Part shown: positions 54,434-64,000 of the stretch, one piece after another
Layout: each line of letters opens with the position of its first letter
Position numbering within the stretch: position 1 is the first letter of the stretch
Assembly: GCA_965649825.1 (NCBI GenBank)
Contig: OZ287698.1
Coordinates: forward strand, 821,949-885,948
Direction: 5' to 3'
DNA: 64,000 nt
Origin: Penicillus capitatus
Lineage: Eukaryota > Plantae > Chlorophyta
Notes under the pieces: generated by a model
What the model saw: the letters and a program-made list of their open reading frames with translations, nothing else
What the model was told of the DNA's origin: nothing
Databases searched by the model: none
Translations under genes and position numbers: made by a program

Positions 54434-55315
54434 TCACTTGTCGCCGCGTACGCAGGCGGGACATGGAGAGGTTTCAGTCAGCACTGCTTTCAGCCAACAA
54501 TGAGCGAAGTCGCGTCTCCACACCCATCCCACGCAATCTACAAAGAGTATTGAGTCATGCATCGCACTTCAGAGGAAGGTGACAGACCAGGATTGCACTT
54601 GCACAATGTGCAACACACTTTAGGTTGTGTAACGCTCGTGATGGGTCCATCTGTCAAATCACCGCCGAATCGATCTTCGCCAAAGGTAGCATTGCATGCC
54701 GGAGGAGGAACCTGCGAGCAATGCAGATGTCGCTGGTGTGAAGAATGGATGGATACAGCAAGCATAGCATTGGATTACCTCCTCAAGATCATAGCGACCG
54801 AAACAGACATCGCACGGTCTCGGCGTTCCAGCTGCGAACTTCAGGAAGCACTCATCAGTGTCTGTGCGATAGACGTACGCTTTGCATCCTAGATCATGTA
54901 GCGTCGTTTTAATGTGATGCGGCATCAGAGAGTCGATGGATACTGTCGCCCAGCGAAAGGCATTCATCTCTGCAGGCCACGGGATTCCCAAGGCCGTCGA
55001 TCCTCGTGATATCGTTTCCTACGGGAGGCCGTTAGAGCCAGGAGGGTGGACGGTGTTTTGTTGAAATCGTTACCGAACCAGTCGGTTCCGTTGAAAACCT
55101 CGCCAGATACAACTATAGGATTCGTTTAGCGATTCAGAAAGGGTGCATGAATTTCCAACGTGGTGATTTGAGAGAGCGTCCATTGTCGACGGGACGATGT
55201 ATCGGGTGTGCCTGGGTTGCCTACGAAGCAGTCGATTCGGGAAAGCACGGACAGCGAACGTCGAAGACTGAACCGCGAACAGCAGAAACAGTGCCACTCC
55301 GAGTGCGCAATGCAT
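54434..55315 (-). CDS. Secreted tandem PAN/Apple-domain protein (PAN2)
   Basis: MHCALGVALFLLFA|ATQAHP...GRSLKSP|...GTDWF|GNDITRI...ACRDECLSLGD|RCKAYVY...ECFLK...CDVC...|...FGGDL...VCCTLCKCNP|DCVGWVWRRDFAHCWLK...CPACVRGDK*; TGA 54434. Confidence 0.85.
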
Positions 55316-57157
55316 GCTGTGCCACAAAAGCGTTGCGGGGAAACGACTGGTGGTTCTGTTCAACGCGGCAAAAAAAGAACTGTTGCGCAAAGGTGCACGT
55401 TTGCTGAGTGCTGTACCCAGCGACTCCTTTATGTAGTCCGTCGTTGTGAACTTTCGTGCGAACATGATCGCTACGTTGCAGCGACGCGACGCTATCGTGG
55501 AGCGATCCCCGTAAGATTTGGATGCGTTTTGCCTTGTTGCAGCACCTCGCGTCTCTGTCCTCGTCATCACTTCACAGATGGCCATGGAATCTTGCTTCCC
55601 TGCAGCGACAACCCATCCAGAGCAGCACGTCATTTCACGAACTTCATGATGCACTTCGTCTTCCATGCAGCAACAGAACGTTGGAAACGCGAAGCTCTCG
55701 TGCTGCGACGAGAAGTACTTCAGCCACAGGCACTTCGGCTTTGTTTTTTTCGCAGTGCGTTCCAGAACGACGCTCAAAAGTCGCATGACACCCATCGTGC
55801 TGACAAGTTTAGAGCTTCGACCCGGTCCCGCACTCAGAGCAGCGTTCGTTGGAGCATGCATTAGTTCGGACTGCGCCGTGTAGCAGCTGCGGATGTCGCT
55901 CGGAGACATCGTGAACGTTCGGGTTGCTGCCCCACGGCTCAGATGGATGTCGCCTCTGTAGCCGCATCACCACACATCCACACCGCAGTTGTTGCACGCG
56001 CGCAGCTCCGTCCTTTGCACCTAGGGAACACACAGCGCTCGCGTCTTCGCCGTCACGACGCTCTCCACACAGTGCGGGTAAAGTTGCCGGCTGGTGCCAG
56101 CCACAGAATTGACTCCATTCTAGAAGACAAAACAAACAATCGCGCCGTCGACAGGAAAACCGGCACGCTTTAGAGTTGCCCTTAGCTTGACGACAGGGAA
56201 GGCACCGAGACGTGCGTTCCTGCGTTCTTCGACAAGTCGTTCGACGATTTGTCTCGCAAACCCGCTCACCGGAAATCTAGGCGACCTGTCCCGCAAACCG
56301 TGTTTCCCAAGCAGCAAGACAGCAAGGACCGCGAAAGGCTTGGCACTGAACACAATGCATCCTTTCGTCGCAAACCTCACCGTTGCCGTGCCGTGCCGTG
56401 CTGCATCATCAGTACGAAAGATATGTCCGACGTAGGCGAATATCGTCTGGCTGAAGTACTGTCGTCGAGGCACTGACTGTTTTCGAGAAGCATGCCGTCG
56501 TTTAAATGTCGCGTACCCGCAACACGAGCAACGGTTCAGTTACAACTGTTAGATATCCCTCCACCGTCTCCGCAAGCCACAGCCAAGATGCTAACTCTGA
56601 CACGAAAAGAAGGCATCTGCTCTAAGCCTGATGGATTCAATCGCACATGTTGTTTCTGCCGTAGCATTTCGTTATGCTCGAAGACCGACCTCCACATGCT
56701 GGACTCCAATCCGATCGTGCAGCATCGAAACCGTCCCTAGAGATCAATCGGTACATGACGGCGTCATCCTACAGGGATTCTGACCCTTTGCCGGAGACAC
56801 AGGCAGGACAGTCCGCCTTGTGCCCGCTCGGCGATTGCTTCAGATCGCAGGTATGAAGGTCGCGTCTCCAGGTCCACCCACGGCAGTCTGGGTGCGCGGA
56901 TGAAATCGACGAGAGACGTCACGCTCTCTTGGACGTCACTTCTGTTCGTGTTGCACATCGCGCAGCAGAACGATGGATCTGTAGCGCCAACGAGGCTGCT
57001 GAACGCAACACCCTCTCTGATCGCGCCACACTCGGCATTGCATTCGTCCCGGGGGATCTAGATGAGAAACACATCAGGAAACAGTTAGTCGCCGACACCA
57101 TCTCAATGCGATCTTCTCCGACTTCTTCTCTCTCGTCTCTTCCCACACAGGTATCGC

Positions 57158-58330
57158 ATGGAGTCGGATCGCCCACGTCATACTTGGGCCAGCAGTGATC
57201 GTACTCGGTACGATAGATGTACGCAACGCACTAAGAAGGAGAGACGAGCATTTTTCAGCAGATACTGTCATCGTGCTCGAGAGTCAACGTTGTCAAGTCT
57301 CTGGCATTTGTTGCAACAGGCAGTCGCACTTCCAAGCCCGACGATCGGGTGGCTCTCGATGTCGTTTCCTGCGGAGAACGATGGACTCTGCCAAAAACGT
57401 ACTACGACGGATACCGAACCAGTCCGTTCCCGAGTAGCTCTGGCCGCACACTGCACGAAGAGAACGAGAGATGCGAAGCGGAGCAGCAGGGAACGAGCAC
57501 TTGGCGCATTCAAGCTTCGTGCAAAATCCGAATCGGAGCCAGACAAATGGGATCGTGACCCCTACACAAAAGCTTCGATACCGACGAGGGACATCGAGAC
57601 CGAGGCATCCGGACCGCGAACAAGAGGCACATCAACAGACCGGACGCGCGGTACATTGTTTGTTGGTCTTCAACCGGTTCGCACCAGACGGAAAGGGAAG
57701 AAATCTCTCAGACGAGCCCCGGCGAACCCCGACCGATGTCTGTTTCCGCGGCAAAGACTCGTAACACGCAACGAGGAAAGACAAATCGAGAACGCGACGG
57801 CGCTGCAGCTCTTGAAGCTTCGACGGTTCACACAACGCGATCCTTCCGAGAAGTCCGATCGGCGCGACCCTATTGAGCAACAGACGGTAGTTGAAATGCG
57901 AGCTGTACAGTCCATCCAACGGGACGCCGGAGGACGTCCTTCACTTGGAATGAAGACAGCCAGCCATCCAGTGGCATATTGGCAAAAGACCACGATACAG
58001 TGTGGCCTCTGTCCCTCCCCATCGGATAGGAGATCAGCGAATCCATCGGAACGGAATGCGAGGTTGAGTTATCGTTCGTCGAGCATCTTTCAGAGCGCTC
58101 TCCGGGATGTTCGATGTTATTGCGCGGACTGCCAGCAGGGTAGGTTACCTCTGGGTCTGTCCTTTTTCGTAAAGTGCCTTCCTTGTACGCATGAGATGGT
58201 TCGCAATATCCAAACACCTTCTCGGAAAACAGATAGAAACCTGATGCTGCACCTTCTCACTTCTTCGCATTCGTCGCTTCTGACGTATTCGCGACAAGCC
58301 ACAAGGTTTTCCGCCGGCCCCTTTGGTTGA
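57158..58330 (+). other. 390-codon uninterrupted ORF of unknown status
   Basis: ATG-initiated, R/S/T-rich, no recognisable domain; three CxxC pairs near the C-terminus (CGLC, CADC, CLPC). Confidence 0.3.
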
Positions 58331-60026
58331 CGCGCATTCGAACTCGGGAACTTAACGTAAGCTACAGAATCTCATCGCAAAGACAGTCCACGATTCTGAG
58401 GAAACGTGATGTGACGATAGTATAAGGGGTTGTATCTTTTTGTCTGTTGAGTCTTCTCACATTCTTGGCTGCGCGACATAGCTGTCGCCGCTGAGTCACG
58501 GACAAGTCATGATGACTAGGAGTGAGTTCCTGCGAAGTTCTTTGGCAGCTTCTAGCGTTTCAGATTGAACTTCCTACTCTCATTGCGAACTCACTCTTGA
58601 AGTTCATCTGTTTTTCCTGTCGTCACATCCGGGACTGAGTATTTAAGCGAGGCTCAGACGCATAAAAATCATCTCTCGTGTTACATCTGAGTTTCCATTG
58701 TCATCTGTGAATCACACACAATCGGTTTCTGTCTTACAAAACATTCACCGTCTATCATCAGTTGTAACAAGTCGCTCTTTGCTGCAAAAGCTGTTGGTGT
58801 GGCCTTCGAGCTTTCGCCCGTCCTCATCTAACTCCGAGACTTCCGCTGCGCTTGTGAGATGAGTCAACCCGGAGACGATTCAGGCGCTCACTCCCCACGA
58901 CAACGCCTTCGCCGTCGCGCCAGCGAGGGGGAGATACGGGTCCACGCCGAGGATATCCTCGGAAATGTGGAGCGTGAGGCGGCTTAAGGGAGTTCTTCAC
59001 AATCTCATCGCAAAGACAGTCCATAAAACCGCACAGTCGCTTTTAATCCAAAGGGCACAGACAGCCCTCCTCTCCGCGTTCGTCGCAACGTGTCTCCCGA
59101 CTTCCTATGTGTCAAAACGTGATCACGACTTCAAAACAATCTCGGTGACAGATACATTCGAGAGTCTAGAAACCGCTAACGACGCCAGGAGCAAACGCGT
59201 CCACGCGACTCCGAAGACACCATCCAAGCGGCGAAGAGCTTCGATTGGCAAAATCGTAGATCAAAGGGCCCTTGACGACTGACGTCGCGCCGACGGAGGC
59301 GAGATTTGACGTCGAGCAGCATCGGCCGATGAACGCCATCGGCGACAATCGATCTCATCGAGCCACGTCCCAATCGCCTGCGCCATTATCCACGAACGAC
59401 GGCGAAGTTTAATCGATATCGACAGAGGCCGATCGATCGGGCTCACGCAGAAGAAGCTGCCAGGGAGCTCTCAGCGAAACGAGGTCTGAAAGAGATAAGC
59501 ATTCCACGCGGTTTCGTCTCTCAATCTCGCCGACTGATCTTGCATTCCCGTTCGAATCTGAACACCTTCAATGCAGCCGGGTCTGATCAATTAAGATCGT
59601 GTCGAATGTCGATCGGTTGACGACCATCGATTTGCATTGTCAAAAGGAGCCGACTCTCCAAGAGAGATCCGTGCCCTGCACGCGTTATAAAGATTAATTC
59701 ACGAGTAGTCGGATCGAATTCGACAGCAGCAAACAAGGATTCGGTGTAGTTTGATTTCGACGCATCGATGAACCTGTTTAGCGGATCACGCATCGGACAC
59801 CGCGGCGACGAGCAACGGGAAAAGCTGACTCGAATCATCGACAGTATCTGACACTATTCGGGCAGCGATCGCCACGACAGGTGTTAATCGAGACGACATC
59901 ACCGACAGCTAGTCCTCTGACAGGCCGCGGATGACGACGATCGATGGCTGTTGCCGTACAATCGGACACAATCGAGGCTCAAAGAGCAGGAACATTGCGA
60001 TGTCTATGGCTCCCCAAACAAGCTTA

Positions 60027-60323
60027 CCGATCCCGATCCGACTCAACACCGATCCCGATCCGACTCAACACCGATCCCGATCCGATCCGACTCAACACCG
60101 ATCCCGATCCGACTCAACACCGATCCCGATCCGACTCGACACCGATCCCGATCCGACTCGACACCGATCCCGATCCGACTCGACACCGATCCCGATCCGA
60201 CTCGACACCGATCCCGATCCGACTCGACACCGATCCCGATCCGACTCGACACCGATCCCGATCCGACTCGACACCGATCCCGATCCGACTCGACACCGAT
60301 CCCGATCCCGATCCCGATCCGAT
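60027..60323. repeat. 22-bp GATC-rich minisatellite (CCGATCCCGATCCGACTCRACA)
   Basis: About 12 units; the first four carry CTCAACA and the later ones CTCGACA; ends in a (CCGATC)n run. Confidence 0.97.
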
Positions 60324-61422
60324 TTTGTTTGCATCTCAATTAACGCTGATCGATCTCTACTTCGAAGTTGCCCACGTCTTCGAAAAGATCGCCAAGGAAC
60401 ATGCACAGCTGTGCTGTCGGAAATGGGATCCTCGGTATGTCCTTCCCTCGACGCCTTTCAATTGGCGAGGTACTGCACACAACACTGAAGCCCTTTCCCA
60501 TCGAACGCACCAACAATTGTGGCGCCAGAGACGCAAGACAGTTGTTATGTTCTTCAAACGTTGCGTGCCTGATTGTTTCATCAGCAACATCGACGGTCTC
60601 TTTTGTTAGATGCCACTGTTGCTTTATCTCGCATGAGCAAACGTTCCAGCAACCGAACGCCATAGGATGCACACAAGTTTTGGAACAAGATCGGTACCTT
60701 TGCAGCGACGCATCAACACGAAACGTCACGCTCACTGACAACGAAGTCCGCGACTAAAAACACTTGGCCAAACGCTCCCAGACGTAGAGCTCTCACATGC
60801 ATGCGAGCCGGCGCTGCGCGTCCTTTCTAGAGCTCCCGCCCGTCCGAAAATTCGAAAGACGCCTGACAACGGGGGTGCGAAGGAACGGATTTCGAGTCGC
60901 GCCGACTCTTTTGGCAGCTGCTGATTAACAATGGTTGTTCTTAAATCCTGGATCTGTCCGCTGTACACAGCAGACGTACCGATTCATCTCACAAACGCTC
61001 AGCGTCAACGGAAAGACACTCGGCTTCGGTTGTAACGATCGGAGCGGGAAAACGGTCAGGTCGTGCTGTGATGCCGATGCCGTCGTATCAGGTCAGCACA
61101 AACAGAGAATGTCCCTTCGAGCACTTGAACGGCAGTTAGAAGTGTGTGCAGCGCTCTGACAGCGGAAGGCCCAGACGCATGTGGCTGCGAACGAACGAAC
61201 GACGTAGGTTTCCTCTGCCTCGATGACGATGATGGGACTGGAAGGGTTCGAGAAGATGGGTGATGGGACTGCGAATGTTCCACGGGTGCGGGATTCTACG
61301 ACCTTGCTGACGATGGTGGCTGCGAACGAACGAGAGGACGACGATGGAACTGCGAATGTTCCACAGGCGTAGGATTCTACAACATCCTGGTCGGAATGAA
61401 TCATCGCAGATCATTATCTCGG

Positions 61423-61429
61423 TATAAAT
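61423..61429 (+). promoter_or_regulatory. TATA box candidate for PAN3
   Basis: GGTATAAATG ~290 nt upstream of ATG 61714; a possible 5'UTR intron lies between them. Confidence 0.35.
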
Positions 61430-61713
61430 GCTGACAGCTCAGATCTCTGAGGACATTCTGCTGCGATCCGTTTGCAACGATTTCCTCGACGAGTGCTGAC
61501 CTTTTTCAAACGCTTTGCGTCAGTCTTGTCGGCGCGCTATTTTGCGCAAAGGCCGTCTGTCACGATCTTTTGAACGCGTAGACGTTCAGAGAACACCCAT
61601 TACGCAAGGTGACGGCGTGCTGCGTTCGTTCGTTCCACAGCACAGCGCCGTTTCTTCGTCGTCGAACTCAAGAACTCGTTTTAAACTGTTTTGCTGCAGT
61701 GCTGTGGCCCAGG

Positions 61714-62597
61714 ATGCAAACCGTGCTCGTGGCGACGCTGCTGGTCCTCCTTACGGTTGAATCCCTTTTGCTCGCGAGTGTCTAGAAAACGTTCTTCTCG
61801 CAGGGAGTCCAGTCCAGATTTACGGATTCGCTCTTGAACTTCGTGGAGGAAACCAACGCACCAGGTTTTTACAGTACTCGACTTTTTGGTGGGCTCATCG
61901 TTTTTTCTAGAGTGTGGTGTGATCTACAAGGGAACCAACTGGGCTGGTAACACCGCTTTACTCGAGACGAAACTGATCGCTTGACGCAGGAAACGATATC
62001 GAGGAAATCAAAGGAGTCAAAAGCGCAGAAGAATGCTGCCTGAAGTGCAAGGAGTATGGATACAGTAAAACCGAATCCGCCAAAGGTCCTTTCCCTAACA
62101 ATGCTTTGCGCACTAGTGTGTCGGGCTTACGTCTACAATAGCTATTACAAGAAATGCTATCCCAAGTATGCGGCATCGACTCCAAGTACCTGTAAGGAAT
62201 GCTATGGCAGCAACGAATTCGAACTTGTGCGTTCATCGCTCTTTATTTCATTTGCACTAATGAGTTGTTGGTTAGACAACAAAGTCATCCTGCGAACCTG
62301 TCTATGACAAAACCAGATGGGGAAACGACATTAGATCAATCTACTATGTTACTCAACCGACTGTGTGCTGCAAGATCTGTTATTCCTACCCAGGTTAGAC
62401 TCAGGGTGTTGATTACATGCATTATCACACCTGTTTTCTCTGCAGACTGCGTTGCATGGACCTGGCATCGTGATCAGGACAGATGTTATCTGAAAGGCAA
62501 ACAAGGAGAGTATAAACCGTGCAATGCCTGTATCAGCGGTGACAAGACATTTGTCCCAGTGCCCGGCATATCGAAGTCTCCATCCTTCACACAGTAA
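61714..62597 (+). CDS. Secreted tandem PAN/Apple-domain protein (PAN3)
   Basis: MQTVLVATLLVLLT|GVQSRF...|ECGVIYKGTNWA|GNDIEEIKGVKSAEECCLKCK|CRAYVY...KCYPK...CKEC|...GNDI...VCCKICYSYP|DCVAWTWHRDQDRCYLK...CNACISGD; TAA 62597. Confidence 0.85.
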
Positions 62598-62775
62598 TGT
62601 TCTTCGTTCCTATTCTCAGGAGCTGCATGCATCTCTGTTTTCAGATAAGCAAATGTTGGTCAGAGATGCAGCCTGGCTGTCGCAGACGAGGAAGTCGCCC
62701 CTTTTTGAAAAGCAGTTTGCATGAGTCTTTCTCCATGCGCAAAACATTTCCTCTACTGCATTTTTTTCTTTTGTC

Positions 62776-62965
62776 GAAGAACGAGAAGGCGCAGGTCGCC
62801 TTCTGAATTCCAGTCTTTATTGTGTAGCCGCATCTTTCCGATGCACGAACCCCTCTCGAAGTTTGCAGTCTGTTGATGTGTCCGTTGCATGTTGCCTCTT
62901 GAAGAACGCAAAGGCGCAGGTCGCCTTCTGAAATCCAGTCCTTTTTTGTGTGACTGCATGGTCTC
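62776..62965. repeat. Two ~65-bp imperfect direct repeats, 125 bp apart, each with a hairpin
   Basis: GAAGAACG..AAGGCGCAGGTCGCCTTCTGAA.TCCAGTC at 62776 and 62901; stem AGAAGGCG/CGCCTTCT in copy 1. Confidence 0.85.
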
Positions 62966-63344
62966 GAAGCGAACGCGCTACGCCGACAGCAGAGAGCCCC
63001 CCTCCTCCGCTATATGTACAAACGACGTCCATCTCCTGGCACTTCGCCACCGATCTCTAAGAGCAGTTTCATCCAAACACCTTCCGTTAATCGACCTGAG
63101 TGTGGCCTTGTCACTGCGTCTTCGGCACTTGCTTCGCCGAGCCAGATCGAATCGCCGTTTCGTTTACTTGACGACGGCAGACGTATGGCAAATCCTCATT
63201 GAACGCTTCAGTCATCTCACACTCGTGGCACTGCCTGCAAACAACACATGCGACAAGTCGAACGCGTCGAAGAACTGCGGACACTTAGAGATCTCCCATC
63301 GAGTCTTTCGCCTTCGTGAAGAGGCACAGGCGGTTCGAGTGTAA
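62958..63344 (+). CDS. Possible small orphan protein (weak LRR-like segment)
   Basis: ATG 62958 in frame with a 151-codon ORF; segment VWQILIERFSHLTLVALP resembles the C-terminus of the window's F-box/LRR gene; otherwise unsupported. Confidence 0.25.
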   Translation: MVSKRTRYADSREPPSSAICTNDVHLLALRHRSLRAVSSKHLPLIDLSVALSLRLRHLLRRARSNRRFVYLTTADVWQILIERFSHLTLVALPANNTCDKSNASKNCGHLEISHRVFRLREEAQAVRV

Positions 63345-63468
63345 TAGGCCTCTCGCTCTCTTGTCCCCAGATAGAGATGTCATCGCCGTTCGTCGCGATG
63401 AAAACGTCTTGTCGCAGCTGACTCATCTGGCCACAACTTCTGCGGATAAAAAACAACGGCGTTCTACA

Positions 63469-63651
63469 ATGTCGCGCGTTCGACAAGACTACGACCAGCT
63501 TATCAAACTCCTGCTTATCGGCGACAGCGGTGCGTTTCTGCCGCGTGCTTTGAGTCTCCTGGAGCACTTGGCCTTCAGGCGTGGGCAAGAGCTGTTTGCT
63601 ATTGCGATTCTCAGATGGCACTTTCACGGACAGCTTCATCACAACCATAGG
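63469..63651 (+). CDS. RAB8: RabE/Rab8 small GTPase, exons 1-2 only (rest not seen in window)
   Basis: [20 protein letters not shown]|[25 protein letters not shown]; 49-nt intron 63530-63578; P-loop and RabE-type N-terminus. Confidence 0.88.
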
Positions 63652-64000
63652 GTCAAGCATAACTTTTCGACGATTCTTTGATGATTCGGGAAGGAATCGA
63701 CCGAAATGACTTAAACACGATATGTTTATGTAAAATAATTACTGAGTACTGGCCTGCTTCATCATACATGTCTGCCTTCGGTCATCCCTACTGTGAGAGT
63801 CCAGGTAAGTGTTGACACGTCTATGTCAGTACAATTCTTGTTTCTTTAGGGAAGTGAAACTGTCTATTAGATTTCTGAGGCACGGCTCAAAGTATCGGCT
63901 TAGTGGTCGGTTATCCAAGCAAAATGCAATGCAGACACCGTTCAGTTTCGAACAAGTTAGGTCGATTATCACACTCGCCTGCGGAAAGAACAACAACACC

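Noticed and set aside
55316-55909. Long in-frame upstream extension of PAN2 (279-aa ORF)
   Set aside because: The Met at 55315 begins a clean signal peptide matching PAN1/PAN3 exon structure; the upstream part looks like open non-coding sequence.
58508-58640. Box C/D snoRNA candidate (ATGATGA ... CTGA)
   Set aside because: No terminal stem and no recognisable rRNA-complementary guide could be identified by eye.

Overview
Compact, intron-rich eukaryotic nuclear DNA; most introns are about 45-65 nt GT-AG. It is most likely a chlorophyte green alga: the beta-tubulin sequence and intron positions are green-algal, there is a plastid-type transit peptide, and TGTAA sits after some stop codons. No CRISPR array, rRNA, tRNA or recognisable transposase/RT was found. 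Housekeeping genes: FMO, F-box/LRR, triple-RRM, plastid protein, R2R3-MYB, coiled-coil, beta-tubulin, HMG-CoA lyase, EAF6 and the 5' end of RabE/Rab8. These are interleaved with three locally expanded families. (1) Five paralogous secreted or type-I membrane glycoproteins (A-E, 16.5-49.4 kb) share the plan: signal peptide - 1 to 4 copies of an unrecognised ~14-Cys module - paralog-specific low-complexity spacer (tandem repeats in four of five) - three ADAMTS-type TSP1 repeats - R[KR]LL motif - EGF - DxxGxCC repeats/CGVC motif - stalk - laminin-type EGF - TM and tail. One paralog stops just before the R[KR]LL site and another lacks the TM. (2) Three small secreted tandem PAN/Apple proteins. (3) Three SDR paralogs. 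The DNA is conspicuously rich in CGATCG/GATC and has four unrelated GATC-built minisatellites. All gene models were spliced by eye, so exon boundaries are approximate where stated.
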